Shown here in pieces: positions 44,659 through 59,006 of a stretch of 64,000 nucleotides of DNA. Source of the DNA: the human T2T-CHM13v2.0 reference genome, Homo sapiens; assembly GCF_009914755.1 (NCBI RefSeq), contig NC_060936.1. One strand, written 5' to 3'. Below the pieces are notes generated by a model. The model ran no database searches, was not told the origin of the DNA, and worked only from the letters and a program-made list of their open reading frames with translations. The position numbers were made by a program, and so were the translations under genes. Every line of letters starts with the position of its first letter. The first letter of the stretch is position 1.

Positions 44659-46050
44659 TTATACCTTATACACATATGAAAACAGAATTTTTTAACTTAA
44701 AGACCCAATTAAATACATGGTGCTGCAAAGCTTCATTTTTAGAATTTCCTTTTCCATATGTTCCAGTATCTAAATGTCTACATTTGTTCATTTGTTAAAA
44801 TTATGGCATTTAATATGTTTGACATAAATATATTCTTTGCTCCTCATCTGTTCCTTTGCTTACGTTGAAGTCACCTCAGCCTTGACTGTTCTCCTGCTTT
44901 CTTTCTGCCTGTTTTTCCATGGATCACATTCCACAACCCTCAGCTTTGTAGGGAGGCTGGAGCTATGGTGCTTCAAGTCAAAAAGCAAAAACTAAAACAC
45001 AGACAAGGGAGACAGAATGCTGAGAGCCAGAGTCCAGGACGTTTGTGCAAAGTGGCCGTTCAAGCAATGGGGCCTGGGGTGGGAATGAGAACTTAGAGGA
45101 AGAAGCAAGAGACAGGGAGCATCCGAGTCAGGAGGAGCTGCTTGGAGCAGGCAAACAAGGATGCCTAGACAAACAGTGCAGGGATGGGCTCCTGCCCAGG
45201 GTGAGGCTTCTGCACATCCAGGAGGACTTTGCTTCCAGATTCCTGACAAGGGCTCAGGTTGAAATGGATGATGTCCATCACTGCATTTAATACTCAATTC
45301 AACAATCTCCTTTGCCTTAAGAAACCCTTATTCATAAACCCTTCCTGTTACCCTACCACATGCTCACATTCACTGACTTAGCACCAATGTAGAGTCTGAG
45401 AAGACAAACATAATTTTTCTCATTATAAAACTAATATATGTTTATTATAGAAAACTTAGAAAATATAGAAAACTATAATTAAGAAATTTAAAAACCTATA
45501 ATTGCATCAAAGGTAATCTTTAAGATATTGCTATATGACTTCTAATCTTTTGTGTGTACCATATAACACAAACACACACACACATATACACCTTTTTAAA
45601 ATTAAAATTGGGATCATCCTACACCTAATGTAGATGTGCTAGATACTGGATATATATCAAACATAATACAATCAATCATTTCTGCTCTCATGGTACTTAA
45701 AATCTATCATAAACATAATGTGAACAATTTTCCATATCCTTAAATATTCTTTGAGAGCATACATACTTAAGACCAGATTTTATTCCATTTACAGATTATC
45801 ATTAGTCAATTTTTCACTATTATAAGATGCTACCTAATGAGAATTATTCACAGAAATGTTTGTAAACACCCGATTATTTCCTTAGAACAATTTTTAGAAA
45901 TTGAAAATCACAGTAGATTCGTATTTTTAAGGCTTTGATACATATTGCCAAATTACTCCCCAGAAAGATTGTCCCAATATAAATTCTTACCTGTATCATG
46001 TAAAAGTACCTATTTTCTCACATCTTTACCAATATTATTATTGTTTATAA

Positions 46051-46424
<374 letters not shown>

Positions 46425-47802
46425 CCCTACTGTTGTTTTAATTTGCATTTATTTGATTACTAGTGAAATAGAATATTTTAACATATTTATTAACAATTTA
46501 TACTGTTTTTCATCGACTCTAACATGCCTCAATTGCAAGATGCATCCTTACTTCAGAAATGTTTAGTTTGAGAAAGTATGCATCCTAGAACCAATAGAAT
46601 CTGGTATTTCTTCTTTAGTGAATTCATTTCTTCAGCAATCATTTCCTGAGCACCATGGGCACTTGTCAAGGACCAGGCAGAGTCCTGGGGGGAGTAGACA
46701 AAGGAGGAGTCAAAGCAGGCCCAGGCCCTGCCTTTTGGGCTGTCAAAATAATAAGGAAGACAGACCATCTCATAATCATACAAGTAGATACAAAATTAAA
46801 ACTATGAAAATAATCATGAATGAGACGGTAATATAAACTGGGGAAGGTTTCTCCAGAAAAGTGACACTTCAACTGAGCATTAAAGAAAGAACAGAAAGTT
46901 TTGAAGCAAAATGGTGAGGGAGAATGTGGGAAATTCTGGGCAGAGAGAACAGCATGTCCAAAGGCTCTAGGGCAGGAAAAAGTGTGGAGTCTAGAAAATT
47001 GAAAGGAGAAGACTGAAGAGTAGAGACAACAAGGGCATTTGATTCAAGGGAAGGATAGAGATATAGAAAGATGCCAGTCAGCACCCACCCCATGCCCAGT
47101 GCTGCTCCAGACACAGGAGACATGGCGATAAACCCAAGAGGAAGGGGCCTACTCTCAAGGACCTGACTGCCAGTGGCTGGAAGGCCTACGGGCAGGGAAG
47201 CAGGAGCAGATTTTTTTTTTTAAAGTAAAGCAGACAATGTCAGGTAGCAGTAAAACTTACACAAAAAATTAAGATACATTAGCATGATCAAGAATGGCTA
47301 AACGTAACATTATATTGAGGAAGCCACTGTGAGAAAGTCATGCTTCAGCTCAGATCTGAATAACCAGAAAAAACTGGTGCTACAAATATCAATAATACAA
47401 AGAGCATTTTTGGCGGAAGTTAACAGTGGGTGCCAAGGCCCAAAGGGAAATGTACTTGAAGGACAAAAAGAAGGCCAATGTGGCTGGCATCTAGAGGTTA
47501 AGAAGAAAAATCATAAAAGGTGATGTTACCCAGGCATGCAGGGGCCAAGTTATATAAGGTATTGTAGGTTAGGCTGAGAAGTTAAATTGTATCATAAGCA
47601 CAACTGCAGCCCATTGGAGTGGCCTTAATCTGGGAAGTGACATGATTTGGTCTATATTCTTAAAACCTAATTCTGGCTATTGCACAGACAATACACTTCA
47701 CAGGAACAAAAACTAAAGTAGGAAGACCAGTAAGTAGGCTATTACAATAGGCCAGGTGAGAGATAATAATGGTGGCATGGGCTCACTAGAGTGATGCCAG
47801 TG

Positions 47803-50800
47803 AAAGGGATATCCCTTCTCACCACTTCTATTTAATATCATACTAGGAGTACTACCTAGTACAATAAGACAAGAAAAGGAAATAAAAGGTATACATAGTG
47901 AGAAGGAAGAAATAAAACTGTCTTTGTTCACAAATGCTGTAATTGTTTATGTAGAAAATCCCAAAGAATCAACAACTCCTGGAAATAACAAGTAATGTAT
48001 AGTAGGGTTGCAAGATTCAAGGTTAACACACAAGTCAATTGCTTTCCAATACACCAGCAATAAACATTAGAATTAGAAATTAAAAACACAATGCCATTTG
48101 TAATAGCACCGAAAGAAAATAAAATGGGCATAAATCTAACAAATTTAGAATCTATATGCAGAAAACCACAAAACTCTAATGAAAGAAGCCAAAGAAGATC
48201 TAAATAAATGAATAAGTATTCCACGGTGATGGACTGGAACACTCAATATTGTTTAGATGACAATTCAGTACTTGACCTATAGATTCAATGCACTTCCAAT
48301 CAAAATCCCAGCAAGCTATTATGTAAATACTGACAAATTAATTCTAATGTCTATATGAAAAGGCAAAAGACCCCTAATAGCTATGTTAGCTCCCTAGGAC
48401 TGCTATAAGAAATTACCACAAACAGGGTGGCTTAAAACAACAGATTATTCTCTTACAGTTCTGGAGGCTAAGTCCAAAACCAAGGTATTAGCAAGGCCAT
48501 GCTCTCTCTGAAGGCTTCAGGGAAGAATCCTTCCTTGCCTCTCTCCAGCTTCTGGTGACTCTGTGAAATCCTTGGTGTTCCTCGGCTTGTAGATGCATTA
48601 TTCCAATCTCCGCCCTTGTCTTAATGTGGTGCTCTCTTCTCTGTGTGCCTATGTTCAAAATTCTCTCTCTTATAAGAACTCTAGTCATTGGATTAGGGAC
48701 CATCATAACCCAGTATGATTTAATCTTAACTTGATTAGATCTGAAAATACCCTATTTCCAAGTAAGGTTAGATTCCAAATAAGGTTAAATAAGGAGGTTA
48801 GGAATTGAACATATCTTTTTTGGAAGACACAATTGTATCCACTACAATAGCCAGCATGGTACTGAAAAAGAACAAAATTAAAACATGACTACTATCCAAC
48901 TTCAAAACTTACTACATAGCTACATTAATAAAGATAGCATGGTATTAGTGTAAAAAATAGACACATCAACCAATGGAACAGACTAGAGAGCCCAGAAATA
49001 AAGCCACACACCTACCACCATCTGATCTTCGACAAAGTTGACAAAAATATGCAATGGGAAAAGGATTCCCTATTCAATAAATGGTGCTGGGATAACTGGC
49101 TAGCCATATGCAGAAGATTGAAACTAGACCCCTTCTGTATAACATATATAAAAATCAACTCAAAATAGACTAAAGACTTAAATGTAAAACCTGAAACTAT
49201 AAAAGCCCTAGAAGATAACCTAGGAAATACCTTTCTGGACATAGGCTCTGGCAAAGATTTCATGATGAAGACACCAAAAGCAATTGTAACAAAAACAAAA
49301 ATTGACAGTGGGAACTAATTAAACTAAAGATCTCTTGCACAGCAAAAGAAACCATCAACAGAATAAAGAGACAACATACAGAATAAGAGAAAATATTTGC
49401 AAACTATCCATCTGACAAAGGTCCAATATCCAGAATCTATAAGGCACTTAAACAAATTAACAAGCAAAAAACAAACAACCCCAATAAAAAGTGGGCAAAG
49501 GACCTGCACAGACACTTTTCAAAAGAAGACATACATGCAGCCAACAAACATATGAATAAATGCTCATCATCAGTAATCACTAGAGAAATGCAAATCAAAA
49601 CCACAATGAGATATCATCTTACACCAGTCAGAATGGCTATAAAAGTCAAAAAATAACAGATGGTGGCAAGGTTGCAGAGAAAAGGGAAGGCTCATACATT
49701 GCTGGTGGGAGTGTATATTAGTTCAGCCATTGTGGAAAGCAGTTTGGCAATTTCTCAAAGAACTTAGAATTACCATTTGACCCAGCAATCCCATTATTGA
49801 GTATATCCCAAAGGAATATAAATCATTCTACATAAAGACACATGCATGTGTATGTTCACTGCAGCACTATTCACAATAGCAAAGACATGAAATCAACCTA
49901 AATGCCCATCAGTGGTAGGTTAGATAAAGAAAATATGGGTCTGGATACAGTAGCTCATCCCTGTAATCCCAGCACTTTGGGAGGCTGATGCAGGTGGGTC
50001 ACTTGAGGTCAGGAATTCGAGACCACCCTGGCCAACATGGCAAAACCCCATCTCTACTAAAAATACAAAAATTAGCCGAGTGTGGTGGTGCACACCTATA
50101 GTCCCAGCTACTCAGGAGGCTGAGGCATGAGAATCACTTGAACCCAGGAGGGAGAGGTTCCAGTGAGCCAAGATCACGCCACTGCACTCCAGCCTGGGCA
50201 ACAGAGCAAGACGCTGTCTCAAAAAGAAAAAGAAAATATGGTATATTCACAATTTGGAATATAATGCAGCCATAAAAAAAGAATAAGATCGTGTCCTTTG
50301 CAGGAATAGGGAGGGAACTGGAGTTCATTATGCTAAGCAAACTAATGCAGGAACGGAAAACCAAATACTGCATGTTCTCACTTATAAGTGGGAGCTAAAC
50401 ATTGAGTACACATGAACACAACAAATGCACACACAACGAACAACAGACACTGGGGCCTACCTGAAGCTGGAGTGTAGGAGGAGGGTGAAGATCAAAAAAC
50501 TACCTATTAAGTACTATGCTTATTACCTAGGGGATGAAATAATCTGTACACCAAACCCCCATGATATGCAATTTACCTATATAGTGAACTGCGCATGTAC
50601 CTCTGAACTTAAAATAAAGTTTATTTAAAAATTGTAAAAAGATTTGAACAGACAATTCACCAAAGAAGATGTACAGGTAGCAAGTAAGTATACATAAAGA
50701 TGCTCAACATCATTTGTTACTAGGCAATTGCATATTAAACCAGTAATGAGATACCACTATACACCTATTAGAATGGCCCAAATCCAAAAAACTGACAAAA

Positions 50801-51180
50801 CCAAATGCTGATGAGGATGCAGAGCAACAGGAACTCCCATTCATTGCTGGAGAAAATGTAGAATTTTGCAGCCATTGTGAAAGACAATTTGACAGTTTCT
50901 TACAAAACAAAGTATGTTCTTACCATACGATCCAGCAAGTGTACTCCCAGATATTTACCCAGTTGATTTGAAAACTTGTGGCCACACAAAAACTTGGATG
51001 TAAATGTTTATAGCAGGTTTATTCATAATCACCAATAACTGAAATTATCCAAAATGTCCTTCAACAAGTGAATGAATAAACAAACTGTGGTAAATCCATA
51101 CAATGGAATATTATTCAACAATAAAAATGAATGAAGTCTAAACCATGAAAAGACACAGAGGAACCTAAATGCATATTAGT
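47803..51180 (+). mobile_element. Nested L1 block: older L1M(B) ORF2/3' fragments containing an MLT1 LTR (~48385-48848), an L1P-type 3' fragment (~48985-50630) and an AluS (~49938-50235)
   Basis: A-rich L1 ORF2 C-terminal motifs occur twice ('aaatgcaaatcaaaaccacaatgagata'); MLT1 and Alu consensus are present. Confidence 0.88.
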
Positions 51181-54100
51181 AATCTTCCCAACTGTATATG
51201 GCTGCCCTGATGATAGCTTAGAGAAGGACAGTGGTGGCAGAGATGGAGAAGTGAACAACTTTGAAAAACAGGAAGTAAAGAACGTCAGGGCTCATTGATG
51301 AAATAGACTTGGAGATGAGGTAAAGGAGAGGAAGGTGACTAGGATGACTCCAAGGTGGGAATTTCAGAGACAGTTCCTGGGAAAGAACCTGCTTTTGGAA
51401 GGATGTTCACAAGTTCAGTTTTAGGTATCTTAGGTCTAAGATGTTTTGGAGACCATATCCAAGTGCAGACTTACGTAGGCAGTTGGATACATAGGCATCA
51501 TGTCTCTGAGTACCTCCATCGCTTGCTTGCACATGCCATATCTGCTCCTAGTCTGTCTCTTCTTGTCTTTGACAGAGTCCAGAACTGCAACTTCAGCTAG
51601 AATTGGATTTTCTTCACCTTGATGTGGCTCAGGGCTCCCACCAAAAACAAGAGTATTATGCCACAGGAAATCTATAAAAACTGACCCAAGCCTAGAAGCT
51701 GTCCTCTAGGCTCAAAGCCCTCCCTACCGGTCATCAATCAGAGATGCAACTTCCCTAGATGAGTGCCGCAAGGAAGGACAAACCTAGGCACCAAGTAGAC
51801 TGGGCAAGAAGCACCCAAGGAGATACAAGTTCAAGACTCCAAACTGCACATCATTTCCCATCAACCTGTTAGGTTTGTCATTCTCAAACCACCAGAGGGA
51901 GCCAAACTTCACGGTCCAGAGGGAAAAACTAGGAGAGAGGTGTGCACTCCATCCCCCAGCAGCAGCAACGAGGAGCGAGGAGCAAGAGAGACATCAGACA
52001 CTCTTCCAGTCCCCCAGCCAACTAATGAAACTGAGGCACCCTTAGAAAACTCTGGGATTTTAAAGAACTTTCCAGAAGTAGGCAGCAGTCAAAAGTATAA
52101 GTAGCCTATTTATCTCTCAAAGCAGCAGGGGATAATGAAGAATGAGACCCTAAAAGGGGATCCTCAGTCATTTCCTGCATGGGGAGAGAGGCTAGGCAAG
52201 GAATTGGAGCTCTCTTTCTACTTTGAAGCATGCCTGCCTGGAAAGTTCTTCTCCACCCAATAGTGGGATCTGGCCCTCCCCTCCTCAAGCCTCTTCTTCC
52301 CACTGGTGGGTTTGGGGGAAAGGAGTTTTTGTCCTACATCCCCTTCCCCATCTGTCTGGCTTCAGTGGTGATGCCTGACTCTACCTGATGCTCCAGACCC
52401 TAAACTCCTGCCCCCACCTGGGCCCCAAAGTCCCAGCTGTGTTTGCACTTCCTGAGGCTGCTTGCTGTCCCCTCTCTGATCCACAGTCTTCAAATGTAGA
52501 ACACAATGGATTCTCCTTTATTTTCCCCAAACCATTTGTTTGTAACAGACTTTTACTAAAAATGTCAAGTATCAGAGTAGGGCTTCAACACAGCATAGAG
52601 AAGATGGTAACTCAAAATGGAATCTGAAGATATTTAATTAAATTAATTCAGTTGACATCCATCCTCCCTTGGGGGAATTTCGAACTGTCAGTCCCAGTTT
52701 TCCTCCTGACCCTCTAACCCCTCCTTCTTCCCCTTGCTGCTTCCTTCTCCCCTGCTTACCCCTTGGAATTTTGTCCCAGGCCCACCTCTCTTCTCCCCTT
52801 CCCTGACAATCTCCTTCCCTCTCCTGGCTTCCATCCAGAAACAGGTATGCATCTCTGGCCTGGCTCTTTTTCTGAGCCCAGTGATTACCCCCTCCTGGCT
52901 TTCTACAGTGACTCCAAACTCCACATGGGTTCTGTCCCCCAACCCCCTCCTTTGGGAGTGTGTCCTGTTTGGGTCCATGGCCGTGTCATCTACCCAGTCA
53001 TTCAAGTCAGAGCCGTGGGAGTCATCTCTGACTCCTCCATTTCTTTGCACCCAATTGATGATTGCGTCCTGTGGATTCTATTTTCAAACCTTCCACCCCA
53101 CCTTCTAAGCCAACATTGTCTGCCATCTGGGTTATTACTACTAGAAGCTCTTCGTGACACCACACTTGTCCCTTTTCGTTTCATTCTTTACATAATACCC
53201 AAGGTGACCTTTTAAAACCAAACCTGTTACCATCTTGCTTAAATCCCCTCATAGCCGCCCACGGCTGTTTGGATAAGGGCTGACTCCTTAGCATGACCTT
53301 GGTACTTGGGCTCCTGCCTGCCTCTGCAGCCTCAGGGCTCCCTTCACTGTCCACCTTCTCTTGTAGCCATGCTGGACTCTTCAGTTCTTCAGACTCACTA
53401 CGCTCCCTCTCAACTCTGGATCTTCAACCATGCTGTTCCCTCTCCCTGGAATTCTTTCCCCTTGTCACTCTGTCAGATTGAAGACAAGGAGCCACCTCCC
53501 TGCTCTATGTTCTATGCCACCACCACTTTGAACATCTTTTCTCGGGCCAAATTGCTTTTTAATGTCTGTCATTTACACCTGACCATAAGCTGCCTTAAGG
53601 CAGGAACCGTGTCTGTCTTATTGCTGTATCCTTGGCATCTAGCACCACGCATGGCACAAGCAGGCCCTCAGTTAGTAGTGTCAAATTAGTTTGGAGGAAT
53701 GTCAGCATTTGCCCAGACCTCTTTATTACAAAAGGAGGGCAGGGTTGAACTGGCAGGCAGCTCCCAGGATGGCACACTATAAAACAGGATTTCTCCCAGA
53801 ATTCTTTGAAAAAAAAAATAGTCCAGTTAAGGGTCTTACCTCCAGCAGCACCCCAGGAGGGCGAATTGATTCAGGGCTGTGTGTGGCTACATAATCATGA
53901 TAAGAAAACATGTTTGGGGAGGCCCAGACAGCTGACCAGACCACTGTAATACCTCCTATGGCTATGATATGAGATTCTTGCTGTAATTAAACCTTGTTCT
54001 GATGAATCTAACAAATTTTTCTCTTACTTTGGTGATAAGTACTTAAGCTTGTGACTTCTACTTTTAGCAACTCACAGAGAAAAGTAGGCCCACACAGTCC

Positions 54101-55778
54101 TGGAAGGACTTTGGGGAAAACTCCCCCAAATGGCCATGGGCTGACTCTCCCAGCCAGGGTGGGAGGTAAGGTAAGACAGTGAACAGCTACAATAAGTAGA
54201 GTGGCTGGATCATAGCCTTGCTTTATGAAACTGGTCCAGACAGACAAAAGGAAGCCCTGGCGGAGATGAGAGAATGGATGCCAGAGGCTTCATGGAAGTA
54301 AATTCTACAGGACTTGGGCATGATTTAATCTGATGTATGTGAGAGGCAATTATGGAGGCCAGGACTACTTGCTGAGAGGCCCCTGGGGGTCCAGAATAAT
54401 ACAGATACTAACCAGCAGGATCTTAGATGTTGATACAGGTGACATCATGTTTACAGAATCACCAGGAGAGCTCTACGATGTTCCCCACCTAATTCTAACT
54501 CGGCTCATTTACATCCAGGAAATCTTCACACGCTGAAATATTAGGTGATTTCCTACCAGTTTCAACTCTCATCCCCTCGCCCCTTACATCACCATAACAA
54601 CCATGCTATGATAAGCAGTTGTGGCATTGTCTGGAAGGACTTTTACCCCCTGTTGGAGGTTTAGTCTTCCTCTGGTTAGTGTTCAGCTTCCTGTGAAAAA
54701 CAGAAACGTCCCCTCCTGCCCCCTTCCCTCCACTCCCCTGCCCCGCATCCCTAAGCACTGACACACTTCCAGATAGATCCATGTCCAGACAGATCCTGGC
54801 TGCATTCCACACACAAGTATCTTTATGAGGATTGCCTGCGTTCTTCCACCTGGATGATTGCTGGGTCAGACAAATTCTGAAATTAAGTCATACATGACAA
54901 TAAGGATCAAGGCAAAGTCTAGATGTTCAAGGATCAAAAGGGGTACAAATGTGGTAAAGCCCAAATCTATTCCTAACTATCTGGCAGACCTCAAGCAACT
55001 TACCTGTCTGAGACTCAGTTTCCTTAAATTCAATCAAGATATTACTAGTATTATAGCAATTTTATGAGAATTAAACAAAATGACACATATAAAGTACTTA
55101 ACTCAAAGCCAGGCATATAACAAATGCTCAAAATCTGTTATGATCACTGAACTGTAAAGCCCAGAAGGATTTCATTTCCTTGTTCATTGCTGTGTCAGTG
55201 AGTCCATGAGTTCACGGTCCAGGGAAGGTGCTGAGTTAATACTCGTTGAAAGAATGAATGAAGGTTATTATTCTGTTTAATAAGCCAGGAAATGCAGGAT
55301 GAAAGAGAGTGAGAGGAGAGAGGGCAGGCAAAGGGGCTTGCTTATGGAGAACAAAGGGAAGAAATATTAACCAAAGTGCTGTCCAAACCCAAGCCACAGA
55401 AGCAGAAGGTCAAAGAATAGCTGCCTTCATTTTGATTGAGGCCACCTTGAAATAGTGTTTTCAATACTGAGTGATGGAAAAAGTTGCTGCTACCATCAGC
55501 AGGCAGAGGGATCACGGGAAAAACAATTTGGGAGAGAAAATCCTGAAATAATGTAGGTTTTCACCTATTTAATTTGAAATGTTAACTGCTCACTCAGGAA
55601 AGTTGTTAATCAAGCAATAATACTCTTACTAGCTCTCATAAAAGAGGGGATGTAGCTGGTACTCCAAAAAGAGGTTCAAGCTGGAAAGACAGAAGGTATT
55701 AAGGCTGTGGTTGAAGCCACGAAAAAGTGGAGAGACAGAAAGAATGTTAAGGACAAACCCCTAAAAAAGAGTCATTGC

Positions 55779-56285
<507 letters not shown>

Positions 56286-56311
56286 CTACTGAAACATTGC
56301 AACTCACATAC

Positions 56312-56490
56312 CTGAGAGTGTACCGCTCTTCCTCATTGTATGGCACTGATCTGCTTTAATCTTGGCCACTGAAAGTAAATAGGCCTCAGAGACATCATAG
56401 CCGGCCTCCAATAATACATTCCAGAAGTGAATGAGGTGCAGCCTTGTCCAGAAGCCCAGGCTTTGGATTTTTGATATAAAGTCTGTGATA
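56312..56490 (-). pseudogene. TTC41P: TTC41P exon C (179 nt, phase 2-1): ITDFISKIQSLGFWTRLHLIHFWNVLLEAGYDVSEAYLLSVAKIKADQCHTMRKSGTLS
   Basis: Hand-translated open frame that is absent from the ORF track. Weak acceptor cacaag|T, donor TCAG|GTATGT. Confidence 0.82.
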
Positions 56491-57395
56491 CTTGTGACAC
56501 AATGTATTAATAGATATCATTTTAGTATTTCAGGCCTTAAAGGAAGCTCTTCTACTTACCACATTTCAGTAGCCTATTCATAAACATCTTACCTAACATA
56601 TCTTTTGGAGATCACCAGATAAATATGAGCCTTTCACTCTTCAGCAGTCAAAGCCAATTCTCCTGATCCACCCAGGAAGCCCCCTCCTCTGAGAAGGCTC
56701 CCTGGGTCTACCAGGCAGAGCACCAGCCCCTCCCTCTTCTGTGCTTGCAAAAGTTCATTGCAACATTGCTCTAGCGAGGCATTATCACCACGTACAGTAA
56801 TTCTCTGGCTCCACATCTTCCCCCACTAGATGGAAAGCACCTACAGGCTTAGAGCTGTATCTATTCACTTCTGCACCCTCAGGGCCTAGCAGGTTGTGGG
56901 AGACAGGATGGGTCATAAATAGATGTTTGCTGAATTAATGAGTCAGAGGAAAAGAAGAAAGAGACAAGGAAGGGAAGGGAGGTGGGTGGGAGGGAGTAAG
57001 AGGGAAGGGGAAGTAGCATAGGGAAAAGAAGGGAATGGAAGGGAAGCAGATAGGAGGGTCTAGCAGAGCTTGCCCAATCTTCTACCTTTTCCAGCTCTCA
57101 TCCTTGCCCTCCTCTCTCTGGAATGCCACTTAACTTTGAGAGGACTCCACATAGAGTGAAGAGGAGAAATGAACACTCTGCAGAGCCAGACAGACCAAGG
57201 GGAGTAACCCTGGAGATCCAGCAACTACAGAAGTTGATGCCAGAGGATGGTTCCATCTGAATGAATGATGAGTGCTTGAATGGATAAATGAATGACACAA
57301 CTTGTTCAAGGGAACATGGGTATCTAAACATAGCACTGGTAAAAGGGAAAGCTAAATCTGCCTAAATACAATGATATAAAAACGGCAAGACTCAT

Positions 57396-57594
57396 GTAGG
57401 GCTTGAGAGAAAGCCGCACAACCCCCGCAAGCATCCACTCATTTTCATATGCCATGGCAATTCTTGATACACTCTCCAGAAAGAGGTTTGCCGCTGGAAG
57501 TATCTGATCAACACTTGGTGAAAATGTGTTTTCTTGTGGTTCATTGGGGTCTGAAATGAACATGGACTGCTTTCTCAGACAGGAGTGATTACAC
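57396..57594 (-). pseudogene. TTC41P: TTC41P exon B (199 nt, phase 1-2), disabled: VITPV*ESSPCSFQTPMNHKKTHFHQVLIRYFQRQTSFWRVYQELPWHMKMSGCLRGLCGFLSSP
   Basis: Acceptor aaaatag|GT, in-frame TGA at 57575-57577, and donor AC|ATGAGT in place of GTGAGT. Contains an RxxxELPW motif as in NPHP3-like proteins. Phases join exons A and C exactly. Confidence 0.85.
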
Positions 57595-58732
57595 CTATTT
57601 TAAAATCAATTATAGTTTAATGCCTCTGACTTTTTAGTACTTGAAAATACTGCAGCAAAAATATGACAACTCTGTGGCTGTAATTAGAGAAATAAAAGTC
57701 AGTGTAACTGGAAAAAAATTGTGTCTTACACATCAGTCTGAATTTACCAAAGAATTTATTCCAGTTACGCTCGCTGACCTAGAATTGGAGAAGTTTGTGG
57801 ACATGTTGATTTTCCATGTTAAGTCTTTCCCCTCCCCCAAGGAAACATTTGTAACCTACTTTTCTATTTTAAATATACACTATGGTTACTGCTTAAATAA
57901 GCACTTTTGAACATTTCATAGTGTGTATTTTGGAGAAGTTAAGCCATTGCCTGGATCTCATATGAGCCAAGGGGTAGCTGGCAAACAAATGGCAAATTTA
58001 ATATTGGAGCCAGGACTACTATATCTTCATTTCCAAAGAGATATGGTTCTAGTAGATCATACTACCCAGACATAAGCTTCTCAAAAACAAAAGGGTTTGT
58101 TTAACTAAATCCTGGTGATTTCTGTCCTTGAAAACTAAAATAGAAGTACTTTTTAACTTTTCTGCTTGTCACTTTTTCTTGCAAGATAATGGAACACACA
58201 GCTAGGTGGCACACCAAGCCCAGCTCTTCGTAAGAACTCTAACAAAAGGGGAACTCATTGTTTAAACAACTGTTCTTCATTTCCACTTACGTGATTTCCA
58301 GGTCACCCACCCATATGGAGAGACCCCATGCTATCTGGTCTAAAGCGTGCAGATGTGTCCAGATGGCAAGTGCAGTGCCTAACAGGACCCTGCAGGAAAA
58401 AAAACTCCCCTCCTCCACTGTGTATGGCAAAACTATGTGTGTGATTATAAATCGGGAAAGTGGGGTGGGAATGAGGGAGAAAAAGAACTGGCATAAATAG
58501 TACCTGGGTTCAAGATCTGGAGAGTTAAACGCTATACGTAAAGTATGCAAAACATTTTCATAGAAAATGCAGCATTTAATTTAAAATAACCTCATGAGGA
58601 GGATATAGATATGCATCACCATTTGACAAAATCAGAGAGACAGGTGACTTACCCCTGGTCAGTACATGACCAGTAAATACAGAAGTAGCATTCCAACCTT
58701 CTGGTTTAATGCCACTGCTCCTCCAACTACAC

Positions 58733-59006
58733 ATATGATGTGAGGAATGGTTTGACCCCAGCATCATCTTTATACACATTGCCGCACTCGATGATAGACT
58801 AAATGGCCAATGTTTATGTAGTGCTAGATTGGTGGGCTAGATTATGCTGTACTGAAAGACAACCCCCAAATATGATGTGAGGAATGGTTTGACCCCAGCA
58901 TCATCTTTATACACATTGCCGCACTCGATGATAGACTAAATGGCCAATGTTTATGTAGTGCTAGATTGGTGGGCTAGATTATGCTGTACTGAAAGACAAC
59001 CCCCAA
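58733..59006. repeat. Perfect tandem duplication, 2 x 137 bp
   Basis: 58733-58869 is identical to 58870-59006. Confidence 0.95.

Noticed and set aside
56491-57395. Reading the B-C intron as a natural AT-AC intron (ATGAGT...gtcac|AAG, which would also be in frame)
   Set aside because: It lacks the U12 donor ATATCCTT and a properly placed TCCTTAAC branch site. Positions +2 to +6 match the U2 GTGAGT consensus, so a +1 mutation is more parsimonious. Orthologue sequence would settle it.
57324-57563. 79-aa ORF MFISDPNEPQ...
   Set aside because: Alternative frame over exon B. The frame matching the flanking phases and the ELPW motif is the one interrupted by TGA.
58733-59006. CRISPR-like or prokaryotic interpretation of the direct repeats
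   Set aside because: Only two adjacent copies, no spacers and no cas genes; the sequence is clearly primate.
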